From assembly GCA_052426225.1 (NCBI GenBank), contig JBNJNM010000011.1:3968001-4032000 (forward strand): DNA of 64,000 bases. Direction: 5' to 3'. The DNA comes from Zancudomyces culisetae HAW-14-8. Its lineage: Eukaryota; Fungi; Kickxellomycota. Below are positions 45,475 to 57,273 of the stretch, in pieces; positions within the stretch are counted from its first letter, which is position 1; each line of letters begins with the position of its first letter. The notes under the pieces are model-generated. The model did no database searches. It had not been told where the DNA came from and worked only from the letters and a program-made list of their open reading frames with translations. Both the position numbers and the translations under genes were made by a program.

Positions 45475-47199
45475 TCAAAACTTGACAGCGTTTAAGGGAC
45501 GGAAAAACAGACCCTTTAACTGGCAATCAAGAAGAAGCACAGCAGTTGCCCAGCTAATGACCAGCGAGGCAAGGTCACTGGGCCGTGAGAAGTGGTATAG
45601 TTTGAAAAATTGAAAGATGGGTGACATGAGTAAAATTTTCTGGTTGTAGTAGATTTGGATCGTGAGTTTGAGGAGGTATTGTGATAAGGTAGAGGCAATT
45701 AGGCGATATGTGTCTAAATTGAAAAATATTAGCGATATGTTTTTTAGGATGGAAATAAACCGTTTCCTAAAAGTAAAAGACATGGATTTAAGCGAATTTA
45801 CAAATTTAGTGAGGTTGTGTTTGGTGTATTGGATATTTCCATCGCTAATATTGTTTGTAAATAGGGAGTAAATAAACTTGAGAGATATTAAAGGAGATTG
45901 TAAACGACCAAAGTTATGATAGTCATTCTTGGCATTGTTGTTATTTTTGTGGTCATTGTCGTACTCGTAGTTGTATCCGTAGTTGCTGTAGTGGTTTGGA
46001 GGCTGGTTGGCAGGAATCAGAGATCTATTGTTGACAATGGAGGAGTTGGAGGGTGTAAAGTTTAGTTTTTGCTGGACGGAAACAATCTGGGGCCGTTGGC
46101 TCACCACTGCATAAGCCAGATGTGTGATGGGAATACAAGTGTTGTTGTCGTCACCATTGGAGTTCATAGTGCGGGTGCCATGAGTTGTATTAATTTTACT
46201 GTAGGTATGCGTGTTGTATTTGGTCGATGATCCAGTGGAAGAAAAAAGTAATGGAGAAACAGGTGTAAAATTTATATTACAAAGCGAGCCACCGATACAA
46301 AGCTTTCTGTATTTCTTTTTATCCAGAGATTGGTAATGTGAGGGGTTTGATACATACCAAATGTTGGAGATAATATTTGGATAAAAAATACAAACGACTC
46401 TCATAGTATCGATGAGTAAGTCAATGCAACGTTCAGTTTGGGTCTGGCGTTGGGTTTGGGGTAAGGGGATGGTGGAGGGATTGGTGTCTCCATTAGTATC
46501 CATCTCTACTCCCAACTCAACATTTTTTGCCTGTGGCTGTGACTGCGGCCTCGAAGCAGGATTTTCCAATAAAAAGTTCAGCAAGACAGACTCCTCAATG
46601 ATAACTGAGCCCGTGTTAGCCAACATTAGTCCGTTGTATGTTTGGGAGATTTGCAATAATCCCAAACGGATCTTCTCTGCTACCAAAAACATAACTTCTT
46701 CAAAAGCTTTCTGCCCAACGCCGCTGCTAGTTTCAACAGAGAAGGTAGCATTGGTAGCACTGGCTTCGTTTTTGTTGTTTACCAAGTGTTGCAGTTGTAT
46801 TGTACATGTTTCATCAGTTATTGTGGTCAGCAGCCCTCGATGACTATCAAGCTTCAAATCAAATATATTTAGCTCTTCAATGTCGCGAGATTTGTTTTTC
46901 AACCTTCCGTTTGATCCATATAGTTGTGTATTTATATATTCTAGTCGTTTTAGGGTTTTGTTCAAGTTTCCCTTGTTGTTGACTAATACTCTATAAATAC
47001 TTCCTAGATCCTCTCGTAGTTGTCCCATAACTCTGTTTTGTAGGATAGCGATCGCACTCTCATCAAATTTGTTAGGCTTATAGTATGAGTTGCAGTCTTG
47101 GATATCGTTTTCAATTTCCATTTTTAATACTTGAGAAGTGCAAATTTCAATCGAATGGTTATTATTTTCTTTATCTTGACTAAAATTGGTAGTTTCCAC
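45475..47199 (-). CDS. Hypothetical protein (~550-574 aa); start uncertain
   Basis: 1.7-kb open frame in AT-rich DNA with N/T-rich low-complexity inserts like neighbouring genes. The track start is GTG; the first ATG is near 47121. No family recognised. Confidence 0.6.
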   Translation of the reverse strand: METTNFSQDKENNNHSIEICTSQVLKMEIENDIQDCNSYYKPNKFDESAIAILQNRVMGQLREDLGSIYRVLVNNKGNLNKTLKRLEYINTQLYGSNGRLKNKSRDIEELNIFDLKLDSHRGLLTTITDETCTIQLQHLVNNKNEASATNATFSVETSSGVGQKAFEEVMFLVAEKIRLGLLQISQTYNGLMLANTGSVIIEESVLLNFLLENPASRPQSQPQAKNVELGVEMDTNGDTNPSTIPLPQTQRQTQTERCIDLLIDTMRVVCIFYPNIISNIWYVSNPSHYQSLDKKKYRKLCIGGSLCNINFTPVSPLLFSSTGSSTKYNTHTYSKINTTHGTRTMNSNGDDNNTCIPITHLAYAVVSQRPQIVSVQQKLNFTPSNSSIVNNRSLIPANQPPNHYSNYGYNYEYDNDHKNNNNAKNDYHNFGRLQSPLISLKFIYSLFTNNISDGNIQYTKHNLTKFVNSLKSMSFTFRKRFISILKNISLIFFNLDTYRLIASTLSQYLLKLTIQIYYNQKILLMSPIFQFFKLYHFSRPSDLASLVISWATAVLLLDCQLKGLFFRPLNAVKF

Positions 47200-48772
47200 C
47201 GTACTTTTTACTTATGGAAATTTCTGTATTATGATTATTAGTTGTTGTTTAAAAAAAGATTCAGAAATAGCGGGGGATGGAAGGCAAATAATTATTTAAC
47301 AGGCGTTATATCAGTATTTTGAAAGTATCACAATGTTAGATACCATCAAAATATGCAATAATATCATACTAGCAGGTTTTTCAAAGGCAAATGCCATATA
47401 TTCAGGTTATTTGTAAAACTGGTTTAATTGAATGCACGAATGAAAAGGTGTAGATTATGTCCATTTTCAGGATTTTTTCATTTGTTTTAATTTTCGAAAC
47501 ACGATTTTTTTTGTTTTTGAATGTATAAAATTATGACCTGCAGAAAAAAAAGAGAATCTAAACCACTTAATATTTACGTAATAAAGTAATGTTAATAGGT
47601 CATTAATAAAAGAACTTTAGAAGGGCTTGATTATTTCAGCACAGGCAAAACCAGATAGAGGCATTTTTGTTTGATGTTCATTAATTGTTAAAGCCCATAC
47701 TAACCTGTTCAAGTTGGGTAGATGTTTATAACATTATAATAAAGGAAACAAGAAAAGGCGTGAATTAGAGGGGGATGGAGAGAAAAAGGTGTATTTTTCT
47801 CCAGGTAATCTGTTTTTCACATGTGTAATTCAATGACATTGAAATAGCTCCTGTCTAGAGTTAGAGAAATCGAGCTTGTCTAACATGGGTTGATTGGTAT
47901 TTTGGTCAGCCTTATTGACCAATTTTTTGATAATTGTGATAATTATCCATGTGATAATCGCCGTTGAAAAAAATAAAAGAATGAAATTTATTAAGCGATG
48001 AAAAAAATGAATCAGAAACCAACTCAAAATCAAAATCTACTTTGAAAATGATCTGATTTATGATGTTTGTCATATAAAACAGTGGCCGTATCGGCAATAG
48101 AAAGATGACGATAATGGAGAAAAGGAAAAAACTAATGATAAGAGGTGGAAATAAAGGGAGAGAAAACAAAATACACAACAGGTGCAAACTGTGCTGAGTT
48201 TTATATTACATTTGGCACGCACCTTCATTTTTTTACATTCAGAACCACATTAGAAAAGAGAGTTAAAAACAGAAAATTAAACTGATAAATTGATCAATTT
48301 GGTGATATGATGCCGCCAATAAAGCTGTACCCATTTTTTATATTTCTTTGATCTTTCAGCCTGTACAGAATATGTAAAACATTATCAATGGCTTGGGTGT
48401 TAAGGAAGCACGTTGTAATTAGTTTAAAACCATCGCCACACATATTTACGATATACGCCAGTTATATCAATATACATAAATGTACGTACGTGTACCAGAG
48501 TTATCGAAATAAAGAAAAATAAAGAAGTAAAAGTATGAACCCAAGACTGAATACATTATAATCTAACAGAGACAGAAAAAGAGAGTTAATTAAGTCGTAT
48601 TTATCGTTAGTGGTAATTTGGGTGTTTCGTATGCTGTTGATACGAATTTTTTCTAATAAAAACCAGTAGCTAAATAAAAGGAAATATCAGATGAAATAAG
48701 ATAAAACAGAATAAAATAGAAATGAAAATGATGAAGGAGGAAAGAGGAAAGAGGATAAAAGGAAAGAAAAGA

Positions 48773-51670
48773 CTATAGCGTCCATTTGTCAGTTTTTCCA
48801 GCCCACGGAGCTACGTAGTCAAAGTCAGAAAATTCCAAGTCGCTTTGTTTCTTGTCAACTCCGCCCTTTTGTCCATAGCCTTTGAGTACAGTTAGTACAG
48901 GCCGTTCGCTTGTAAATTCGGTGTCAAAGTTAGAAACATCGTTGGGACCACTGATTTGAGGAATAAATGGTGGGGTAACCTTCTTTTCGAGAATGTTTGT
49001 CCAGTTGATACCTCTGAAGAATGGATGACGCTTGACATCGTCAGCATCACCAGGACCAGAGCCCAGACGCTTGTTGGCATCACGCTCGAGAAGTTCCTGA
49101 CAGATGGAGACGCTATCGCGAGACATGTTCACAGGATAAAGAACCTCATCTTCGAGAATTGCGTCGAAGATTTCTTCTTCATCGTCACCACGGAAGGGTG
49201 ACTGCCCAAGCAGCATTTCGTAAATCAAAACACCAAAGGCCCACCAGTCGACGGGGCGGCCATAGCGTTGCTCAAGAACAATTTCGGGAGCCATGAACTC
49301 CGGGGTACCACAAAATGTGTGGGTGGTAGCGCCGTAGGGCATGTTTTCTTTACACAGTCCATAATCAGCTATCTTAATGTGGCCATCTGCACCCAACATT
49401 ATGTTGTCGAGTTTCAAGTCACGATAGATAATGTTGTTCTGGTGGAAGTACTCCAAGGCGAGCAGAACCTCGCAGGCATAGAACTTGGCGCGACGCTCAG
49501 AAAACTGCTGGCGTTGGATATGCATCATCAAGTCACCACCACTAATGTATTCCATCACAAAAAAGATGCGCGTGTCGGTTTGGAAACACGAGTGAAGACC
49601 AATGAGGAAGGGGTGTCGGGTTTTGTTGGCAATAAGAAGAACACGTTTCTCGCTGCGGGTGGACTCAAACTCGTCGTTTTCGGCAATGAATTGCTTTTTG
49701 AGTATTTTAATAGCGTATAAACCTCGGGTTCGGCGCTCTTCGGCCAACATAACTTTTCCGAAATTTCCTTTTCCTAGCACTGCCAAAAAACGGAAGTCTT
49801 CAGAGCCAAACGCAGTGACAGCCGCTTTTTGTGGTATAAGTTCCTGTGGTGGAACCGGGGGTACTAGTTTAGCAACTACTGTTTGTACCTGCTGCGGATG
49901 AACAGGCGCTTGTATAGCTGAGGTGAGTGGCTTGTAATTTAGCTCAAGCGATTCGAATCCTTGACCATCGGGCGAACCAAGCGATTTAACGGCAGCAGCT
50001 GAGGGTTTTCGAGCTTGTCTAAACGTAGTGTTGCGAGAAGTTAGAACCGTGGGCTTCACAACAATCGAGCGCTGTATTTGGGTCAGCATGTCAAACGCCT
50101 TGTATAGTCTGAGTCCGCAAAAGTTGGGCACAAAGGCCGAACAAGTGTAGTGGCAGACAACGCTACATTCAACACACTTTAGGATTCTACGGCCAAGCGT
50201 TACCATTGAACCACAGTGGCAACACCAGTTGGCACCTAAGCTGATCGTGTTATCCCAGCGATGTGGAATGCGATACTTAATGATATCGACAGGATCGGGG
50301 TGCTTGTCAGCATCTTCAGTTTCAGACACACCAACAAGACAGCTATTGACAATTTTGTGCACGCATTTGGAATGCACAAACATTTGGCAGTCTTCACACT
50401 GCAACCCTTCCGAATTGACCAAATATTCCTCACAAATCGCACATCTGGTTATGGCATAGGTTTGCTGGGTGTAGAAATGATGTTTATACATCTCGGTACA
50501 TGGACCCTTGCGTTTTCGCACAGCAGCTTTACGCCCAAGCCCTTCTTCTGTCCCACCTTCTTTTCGCCGCGTTCTTTCGCTCTTGAAGTTAAACCACAGC
50601 TCCAAACTGCCATAAGGCTCCACATCCCAACTCGACTGAATACCCTCAGTGTCGCGCCCAGCTGCTCCAACCACACCCGATGTCATTCTGCGTGTACCGC
50701 TTCCTGTTTCTTTCTTGTCTTCTCCCCCCATCGCCTGTTGTTGCTTGAGCTCTTCGTACATATCTGCCAGCTTTATCCACATAATCCCAACGAGTACATC
50801 GTGTTCAACTACCTCGTATACCCCAAATTCTACCTCACTTGCTTTATACACGCTTATGGAGAATTGATCGTGCCACTGTGACTGCTTCGACAATCGTGTC
50901 GTCGCTTTCAACACTCCATCCACCTTCACTTTTACATATCTTTCTGGCTCAATGTCCTTTTGCTGTGTTGGTGCTCGTGACAGATACCTTCCTGCGTCGA
51001 CGCGTATCTCAAGTGTTCCGCTAAGCATCCGCCTCCGTCCCACTTCCGCTGGAAACATCTCTTCTCGTGTGTCCTCATCCACGTACTCTACAAACAAGCT
51101 CTGGTACTTTTTGAACCCCTGCTCCAGTAGTCGAATTTTATTGCGCGTCTCGTTCAATACACTCGATGTCTCTGTCACTTGCGTCATCTTTTTCTTGTTT
51201 CCCTTCATAAACTCATTCGTGTATATCGATGCCATCCGGTTTGTCGCCTCCAAGAGCTTTTTTTCCACCTCCAGTTTGTATGTTATCTCGTGGATTTTGA
51301 GCGAGATCTTTTCTGTAGACAACGCTGCCGAAGACTTTCGTAACTCAGTTTTGTTGATCAGCGCGCTATGTCGTCTATAATCCCCTCTTCCGCCAACTCC
51401 TCCTGGGCTGCCTGGTTCTGCCCCAATTCCTTCTGATTTCCTACTTTCTCGTGATTTCTGCATTATGCTTAGCTCCTTCAATTTTCCTTGTAGATACTCT
51501 ATTCGCTTTTCACTCTCCATCAATTGCGAATCTAATTCTGCAATCACATTTTTGTTTGTATGCTGCGTTCGCATACTTTTGGCTCCATTGTATATTTTTT
51601 CTTCGTTCCACAATTTGCGCCGCGTTTCGGTTATAGCCCCCTCTAAATCACCTGTTCCATGGTTTGCCAT
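48773..51670 (-). CDS. PKC1: Fungal protein kinase C (HR1-HR1-C2-C1-C1-kinase)
   Basis: Two HR1 helices, pseudosubstrate LGRKAAVRKRK, two C1 domains (HHF...CAICEE; HRW...WCCHCG), LGKGNFGKVMLAE, YRDLKLDN, TFCGTPEFMAPE. Confidence 0.95.
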   Translation of the reverse strand: MANHGTGDLEGAITETRRKLWNEEKIYNGAKSMRTQHTNKNVIAELDSQLMESEKRIEYLQGKLKELSIMQKSRESRKSEGIGAEPGSPGGVGGRGDYRRHSALINKTELRKSSAALSTEKISLKIHEITYKLEVEKKLLEATNRMASIYTNEFMKGNKKKMTQVTETSSVLNETRNKIRLLEQGFKKYQSLFVEYVDEDTREEMFPAEVGRRRMLSGTLEIRVDAGRYLSRAPTQQKDIEPERYVKVKVDGVLKATTRLSKQSQWHDQFSISVYKASEVEFGVYEVVEHDVLVGIMWIKLADMYEELKQQQAMGGEDKKETGSGTRRMTSGVVGAAGRDTEGIQSSWDVEPYGSLELWFNFKSERTRRKEGGTEEGLGRKAAVRKRKGPCTEMYKHHFYTQQTYAITRCAICEEYLVNSEGLQCEDCQMFVHSKCVHKIVNSCLVGVSETEDADKHPDPVDIIKYRIPHRWDNTISLGANWCCHCGSMVTLGRRILKCVECSVVCHYTCSAFVPNFCGLRLYKAFDMLTQIQRSIVVKPTVLTSRNTTFRQARKPSAAAVKSLGSPDGQGFESLELNYKPLTSAIQAPVHPQQVQTVVAKLVPPVPPQELIPQKAAVTAFGSEDFRFLAVLGKGNFGKVMLAEERRTRGLYAIKILKKQFIAENDEFESTRSEKRVLLIANKTRHPFLIGLHSCFQTDTRIFFVMEYISGGDLMMHIQRQQFSERRAKFYACEVLLALEYFHQNNIIYRDLKLDNIMLGADGHIKIADYGLCKENMPYGATTHTFCGTPEFMAPEIVLEQRYGRPVDWWAFGVLIYEMLLGQSPFRGDDEEEIFDAILEDEVLYPVNMSRDSVSICQELLERDANKRLGSGPGDADDVKRHPFFRGINWTNILEKKVTPPFIPQISGPNDVSNFDTEFTSERPVLTVLKGYGQKGGVDKKQSDLEFSDFDYVAPWAGKTDKWTL

Positions 51671-52160
51671 TATTTTTCTTTCTTTTTTACGCTTAAAGCT
51701 ATGCTTTAATGTTCAATCTCTACCTGGATTGATAAAAATTAGGCGTTTAATCTTTTACTTTTATTTTATCTGCTTGTTGTACCCCAAGATTGAAGTGCTT
51801 TTTTTTTGTGTCGTACTTTCAACTTGTATATTTGCACATTTTAGTTTAAAAACAAGCGTAAATTGGAGGGGAAAAAAAAAGTAAAGTTGAGATACCATAG
51901 GCGAGAATTAAAAAAAGCCATGTTTGTTAGTAATTAATAATTGTAAACAACAATCTTCAAATATGATTTGGTGTGCTAGCATTTGCTGCATTTTTTTTTA
52001 GCTTTTCCCCTCCAAATTCACAATTGTTTGTTCCAAAGGAAAATATCCTAGTCCTTCCCCAATAAACAATATACGCTTTGCTAGTTGCGCTAGAGTTATT
52101 ACCCAGTGTGAGTCAGAAATAAACGCCCGTTTTACAAGAGTGCGATCCCTATCACCAGAG

Positions 52161-52164
<4 letters not shown>

Positions 52165-52194
<30 letters not shown>
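52165..52194. repeat. (GA)15 microsatellite
   Basis: Perfect GA dinucleotide run. Confidence 0.95.
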
Positions 52195-52196
<2 letters not shown>

Positions 52197-54425
52197 AGTT
52201 ACACTCTAGCGATCCTGCCACATTCATCATATAACCATCCACTCCCCCCTAAACAAAAGCAAGATAAAAATAATTACTATCTATAGTTGTCCAAAATTTC
52301 TTTATTATTTTAACAACTTTTCACCTTATCATCAACGGAAACCCCTAGCTCTCAGAGATATATTCAATTTTTACATCTCATATTAGCCTGCAAACTACAA
52401 GAATAACGCTCTTTTAACAAGAGAGCAGGAGATACATTGAAAAATGTACATGAATATGAGAAACATGAATACTGCTTGGCCTATCTGTTAACAATAACTA
52501 TATTAGGAAACTTAATTGTGTATTATTTATACATGACAAAAATCACATATCTTTACATCACAATACATCAAAGTACACTATACTGGAGTCGTTTGCGATT
52601 ATACCTCCATTATCATTTTCTTCACTTTAACACTTGTTTTTGCGTTTCGCATCACGCTAAAAAAAGGGAAAAATAAAAAAAGGGCGTGTTTCTTATTGTT
52701 CGATTGAAACCCAACCCAGGCAGAATTCCTGGTTTAACTCTACTTTTACGTAAAGCTGGTTATGGTAAACAGACCGTTTCTGATTTCCTTCTCGGTTTAT
52801 TTAATTTCACAATATATAATCCCATCCACCTTATTTTATTTAATTTTGCTTATTTGTATCACATCTTGTAGCATAATGTACGTATATATTTTAGTACACA
52901 AAGTAAAACCTACCATAAAAACCGCAATAACGACCATTTCTTCAAGTGTTTAGCTATTGCTTTGTTAATCAGACTATATTTTGCAAAAGGTTGTGTTGGG
53001 TGCTTTTTTAGCTTGAAGGTAAAAAGCAGTGAATATAGACGTTTTTAGGAGTGCATCCTGTGCCCAGCAAGTCTTTTTTTTTGCTCGCCTCTCTCTCTTG
53101 AACTTTTTTTCTTTTACAAAAATACCTTGTCTAAAAATTCTGGATGAAGTATAATAGCCGAGCACTCAGCTCTCTAAAACAAAATATTTGTTTTTACCAA
53201 CTTAACGGCGGCATAGAATACGACTAAAAAGCGACCCACCAGCATAACTAGCACATTTTTGCACAAAAAACACTATATGTTTATATATACCAATTGTAGC
53301 GTATTTGTAAGCGAGAAGGGCAAAAACGATACGACTAGGTGGCAAAAGGATGTTCAATGCCTGGTGTAGTAAAAGAGTCATGAGCATGAAATAAATCTCA
53401 CATCCTACCGAAACAATAAAACGAACAAGAGACACTTGAAGCAGTTATATCGTTGGTTTAACAAGACAAATAATCATTCAGGACAAAAACAAGCGGATAA
53501 AGTATAACGCTAAAAACGAGTTAAAGGCTATTTGATTTACAACAATAATCCAACAATGATCAGAGTGTAACCCATGTATACAAACTTTATCATTAAACTA
53601 TAATATTGCATTAAGAGCTTGAAACACTTTGTTTTAGTCTACCTGTGCTAACAAGAAAAGAGCACTACAATCAAACACAATCCAACAATAAACTGGGATT
53701 TTCGTTGCGATTATTGTTCAGCATTTCTGGAAAAACTGGAAATTGAAAATTACTAGTAAATCAATTTTCAAGGTTTTACCACTAGTAAATATTTCGAGTA
53801 GCAATAATGCAGAAAATGTATTGTTAATCTTCACACCACACCAAGGATTGCTGTCATCACCTTTATTTCAATGTTTTTTCTACCCTCATTCCCATTCCCA
53901 CACCCATTCCCACACCCACTCTCTCCTCAGGAAAATTTTTACCAAGTATTGGGAGACGAGTAGTGCCGGGCATATATTTTGTCTCTATGTTAAATATCAC
54001 TTGGATTTAACTCCAAGTACGACAATATATTGTGAAAATTCGCATAGTTTCTCCACATGTTTATTGCTTGCGCTTTACCGTCCACCCAAAAATCTAAAAA
54101 AAATCTTGTTATGCTATATTCATCAAAATAAAATAGAGTAGTTGCACGTACTAGTGAAGAAAGGACCAAGAGCTCATATTTATCATCTAACTGTGGGTAT
54201 TGACCACACATCTTCTCAAATAAAGCAGATTTTTACTATCAAAGCAAAAGATCAACACTATACCAGCGGCCTAATATTTCATATGTGAAGCACTTTCTAG
54301 GCGGTGCGACGTGAATATATAATTACAGAAAAAGGTAGCATAAGTACCAAAATTAAGAGGTTGTTATTTTTTTCTTGTGGTTTCGATTGCCATTATAGAA
54401 GGGGGGAAAAACAAAAAGCAGAATT

Positions 54426-56783
54426 ATGGTGAATGACATGACGACAGAGAAGACCGGAACACAGGAACGACCGTATAAAAGATACGGACGCGTTCGCAGT
54501 GTGTACTCTGTAATAAAAACAGAAAATTACGGAGGTACTGAAGGGGAAAAACAGGAGCTGAGCGAATACACTCTAAAGGGCTCGAAAAAATCTGAAAGTG
54601 TTGATACGTATAGGTGGAGGCATGGTAGTTTGAGTGATAGGTGCGAGTTGGGTGTTTTAGATAAAAATTTTATAGGAGAAGACGGGGAGGAGAGTATGGC
54701 CAGTATTAGAAGAAAAAAAAGAGTGGATAAAAGACTGAGCTACAATGTCAAAGCAGACCCCAGGCTTAGCGTGGTTCTTAAAAATACCGAAAAAACAACC
54801 GCACAGAAGAATTTTATGAGCAAATACAGTCCAAAGCTTGGAATAAGATTAGAAGATATCAACAGGGAAGGCGTGGGAAGTAATTTCAAAAGAGAAAGTA
54901 AAAGTTTTGTATCACAGAGCAGAGATGACGAAAATAGTGGAGAATGCAGCAGTACAAGGAGTAGCCTAGTGATAAAAAAAGAATCCAGGGATGTGGGAGC
55001 TGTGATGGGATATTCCCCAATAAAAATTGCTACAGAGAATGATGACAGTACAAGCGCAGGGCTGTGTCTCACTGGAGGTGTAGGGCATATTGTAGGATTC
55101 GAACCAAAGAGTGAAAAGAGAAAAAGTGACACTTCTTATTTAGAAAAAAAGGGCCAGGGTGAGTTGAGCTTGAGGGTGGGATATGCCAAGTTGCAATCAG
55201 TATATAGCGAAGCTAGTATTAACGGATACAAACAAAAACGCGAATTGCAGCATGGTGAAGCCAATAAGGGGAAAAGAGCGACAATAGCTACAATAACACA
55301 ACAGGAACAAGGGGATCTTCAGCAAGCAGCGGAAATTGCGGAACTCAAGATGTTGGTTGAAATGACAAATTGCAACCTAAAAGCAGAAACAGAAAGACGT
55401 ATAAAGGCAGAGACAAAGCTCAAGGATATGGAGCAGGAGTTGGCCGAGCTATCAAACAATATCCAGCTGGAAGCACAGAGTATAGTTGTCACTGAGCGAA
55501 TTGAAAAAAAAAATGAGCTGGAGAAAATGGACAAACAAAAAAGGGAGGCGGTGGATTTGTTGGAAATGGAGAGAGCCCAGGTGACTGCCCTGAAAACGAC
55601 GCTGGAGAACTGTGGTAGGGAGTTAGACCAGGAAAACAAAAAAAACCAAAAGTTGGCAGAACAGCTTGAGCGAATGCAGCGTGCCATAGAAAGGCTGCAA
55701 AAAGAGAAGAATGAGCTGAGCGAACGGCTTAAACAAAAAGAAAAAGTGGCAAATGGTGTGCTCACAAGCGTCGACTCGCAAGATACAGTTGTTGAAGATG
55801 TGCACAATGACGTCCAGCTAGTGAGCACAAACAAAATAGCGGAGGGCGAGAGCAAGAGAATTGATATTGAAAACCAAAACATATTTTATGAGAAACAAGA
55901 TGGTGGGAAATCGCAGATAGTAATGGTCAGCAGAATGAAGTTTTTGGATAGGCCAGAAAGTGAATCTGAGTCTGAGGAATTTCAGCAGTTCTTGCAGTGT
56001 AAAACAGATAAAGATAGTTTTAATACACAGTTTTTCCAAAAAATATTTAAGGAGGAAATCGAGCCAGCACTGTTGCTATCTTTTGCTTCCAACTCCTCAA
56101 CGTCCCTGATCCCATCATGGTCAAAATACAAACGATTGATCTCAGCAATACAAGAAAACACGCTGTTACTGCAAGTAAATTCCAGCATCCCAGACCAAAG
56201 CTCCCCTTCGCCAAAAAAAGAAAGCGACGAACCCGCATCGTACGACGGCCTAAAATCACTAACCCGTTGGTTCTCCTCCCCTAAAAACAAACCACTGCCT
56301 GACCAACAGTCGCACAAACATGATCAAACGGTTTCTAAGACGCTATTCAAAAGCAAATCGTTGTATTTTTACCAACAAACCTTTTCCGAAGGGCTTTGCC
56401 AGTTGTGCGGCTGCCAGTTACCACATTCTATCACTCATCCCACCACCACTGCTAGAGCAAATTCAAACTCGGAACTTGTTTCATCTGCGGGTTCAGTTGC
56501 AACACTAACCATAGCCGCAGGCCTAGCTTCGTCTAAGGATGATCAGATCTATCATTTGCTTCGCTATTCAGATTCCGATCCTGATCCAAAACCGATTTGT
56601 CTTCCCTGCCACGCACGTATTCTTTGTGTTTGTGAACTATATCATTATTTGCGGCTTGTACGTTCTGGGTTGGTAAAAAGTCAGTCAGTCTATTCTATTT
56701 ATCTCGAAATCCTAAGATTGAGAATCCAAATCTATTCACGAAGGATTGGTGCCACCAGCTCCACCACTTTGCTGCAACTTTAA
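54426..56783 (+). CDS. Sec2/Rabin8-like Rab GEF, divergent
   Basis: Coiled coil ETERRIKAETKLKDMEQELAELSNNIQLEAQSIVVTER; C-terminal FFQKIFKEEIEPAL, CQLCG and ICLPCHARILCVCELYHYLRLVRSGL resemble the Sec2 family C-terminus. Confidence 0.7.
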   Translation: MVNDMTTEKTGTQERPYKRYGRVRSVYSVIKTENYGGTEGEKQELSEYTLKGSKKSESVDTYRWRHGSLSDRCELGVLDKNFIGEDGEESMASIRRKKRVDKRLSYNVKADPRLSVVLKNTEKTTAQKNFMSKYSPKLGIRLEDINREGVGSNFKRESKSFVSQSRDDENSGECSSTRSSLVIKKESRDVGAVMGYSPIKIATENDDSTSAGLCLTGGVGHIVGFEPKSEKRKSDTSYLEKKGQGELSLRVGYAKLQSVYSEASINGYKQKRELQHGEANKGKRATIATITQQEQGDLQQAAEIAELKMLVEMTNCNLKAETERRIKAETKLKDMEQELAELSNNIQLEAQSIVVTERIEKKNELEKMDKQKREAVDLLEMERAQVTALKTTLENCGRELDQENKKNQKLAEQLERMQRAIERLQKEKNELSERLKQKEKVANGVLTSVDSQDTVVEDVHNDVQLVSTNKIAEGESKRIDIENQNIFYEKQDGGKSQIVMVSRMKFLDRPESESESEEFQQFLQCKTDKDSFNTQFFQKIFKEEIEPALLLSFASNSSTSLIPSWSKYKRLISAIQENTLLLQVNSSIPDQSSPSPKKESDEPASYDGLKSLTRWFSSPKNKPLPDQQSHKHDQTVSKTLFKSKSLYFYQQTFSEGLCQLCGCQLPHSITHPTTTARANSNSELVSSAGSVATLTIAAGLASSKDDQIYHLLRYSDSDPDPKPICLPCHARILCVCELYHYLRLVRSGLVKSQSVYSIYLEILRLRIQIYSRRIGATSSTTLLQL

Positions 56784-57273
56784 TTTTTTTTCCTTTTTTC
56801 CCTTGTTCTTATAGCGATAGCTAAATAATAAAAGTTGCTATAACGTGCAAAAGTTAATGTTCAGAGTTTGAATATACACGTATCTTCAATTTCTGAGAGT
56901 TAGGAACTGCTCGCGCAGCCCAAATCCTCTCAATTTGAATCAGAGCTTGACTCTATTATGTGTAATTAAATCTCATCATCAAATCAACATACATTTTAAT
57001 GGAACACGTAAATCATGTGAAATAGCGAAAGCCAAATCCAATGAAAATTTGATTTGCTTCGCCGCATCAGTTTCAGGCGAAAAACAGTAGGTACAGTTCG
57101 AGTTGAACTACAAACCCACAGTCATACGCTGCAGATGCCTTCCCATTTAGACAAACAGTTCCACGAAAATTTTCCGTTTTCATTTTGATTGAACAAACAT
57201 TGCTGTACTATTTTTTAAAGCTTTATTTTAGCTGGCTCAAATAACTGAACATATCGAAAACATCCTTATATCA

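Noticed and set aside
47830-48187. Hydrophobic minus-strand ORFs resembling a small membrane protein or a mitochondrial insertion
   Set aside because: Non-ATG starts; hydrophobicity is explained by T-rich composition; no match to a mitochondrial gene that I can recognise
49268-51884. Numerous antisense ORFs over PKC1, and likewise over the other long genes
   Set aside because: Shadow frames of real coding sequence with no independent motifs
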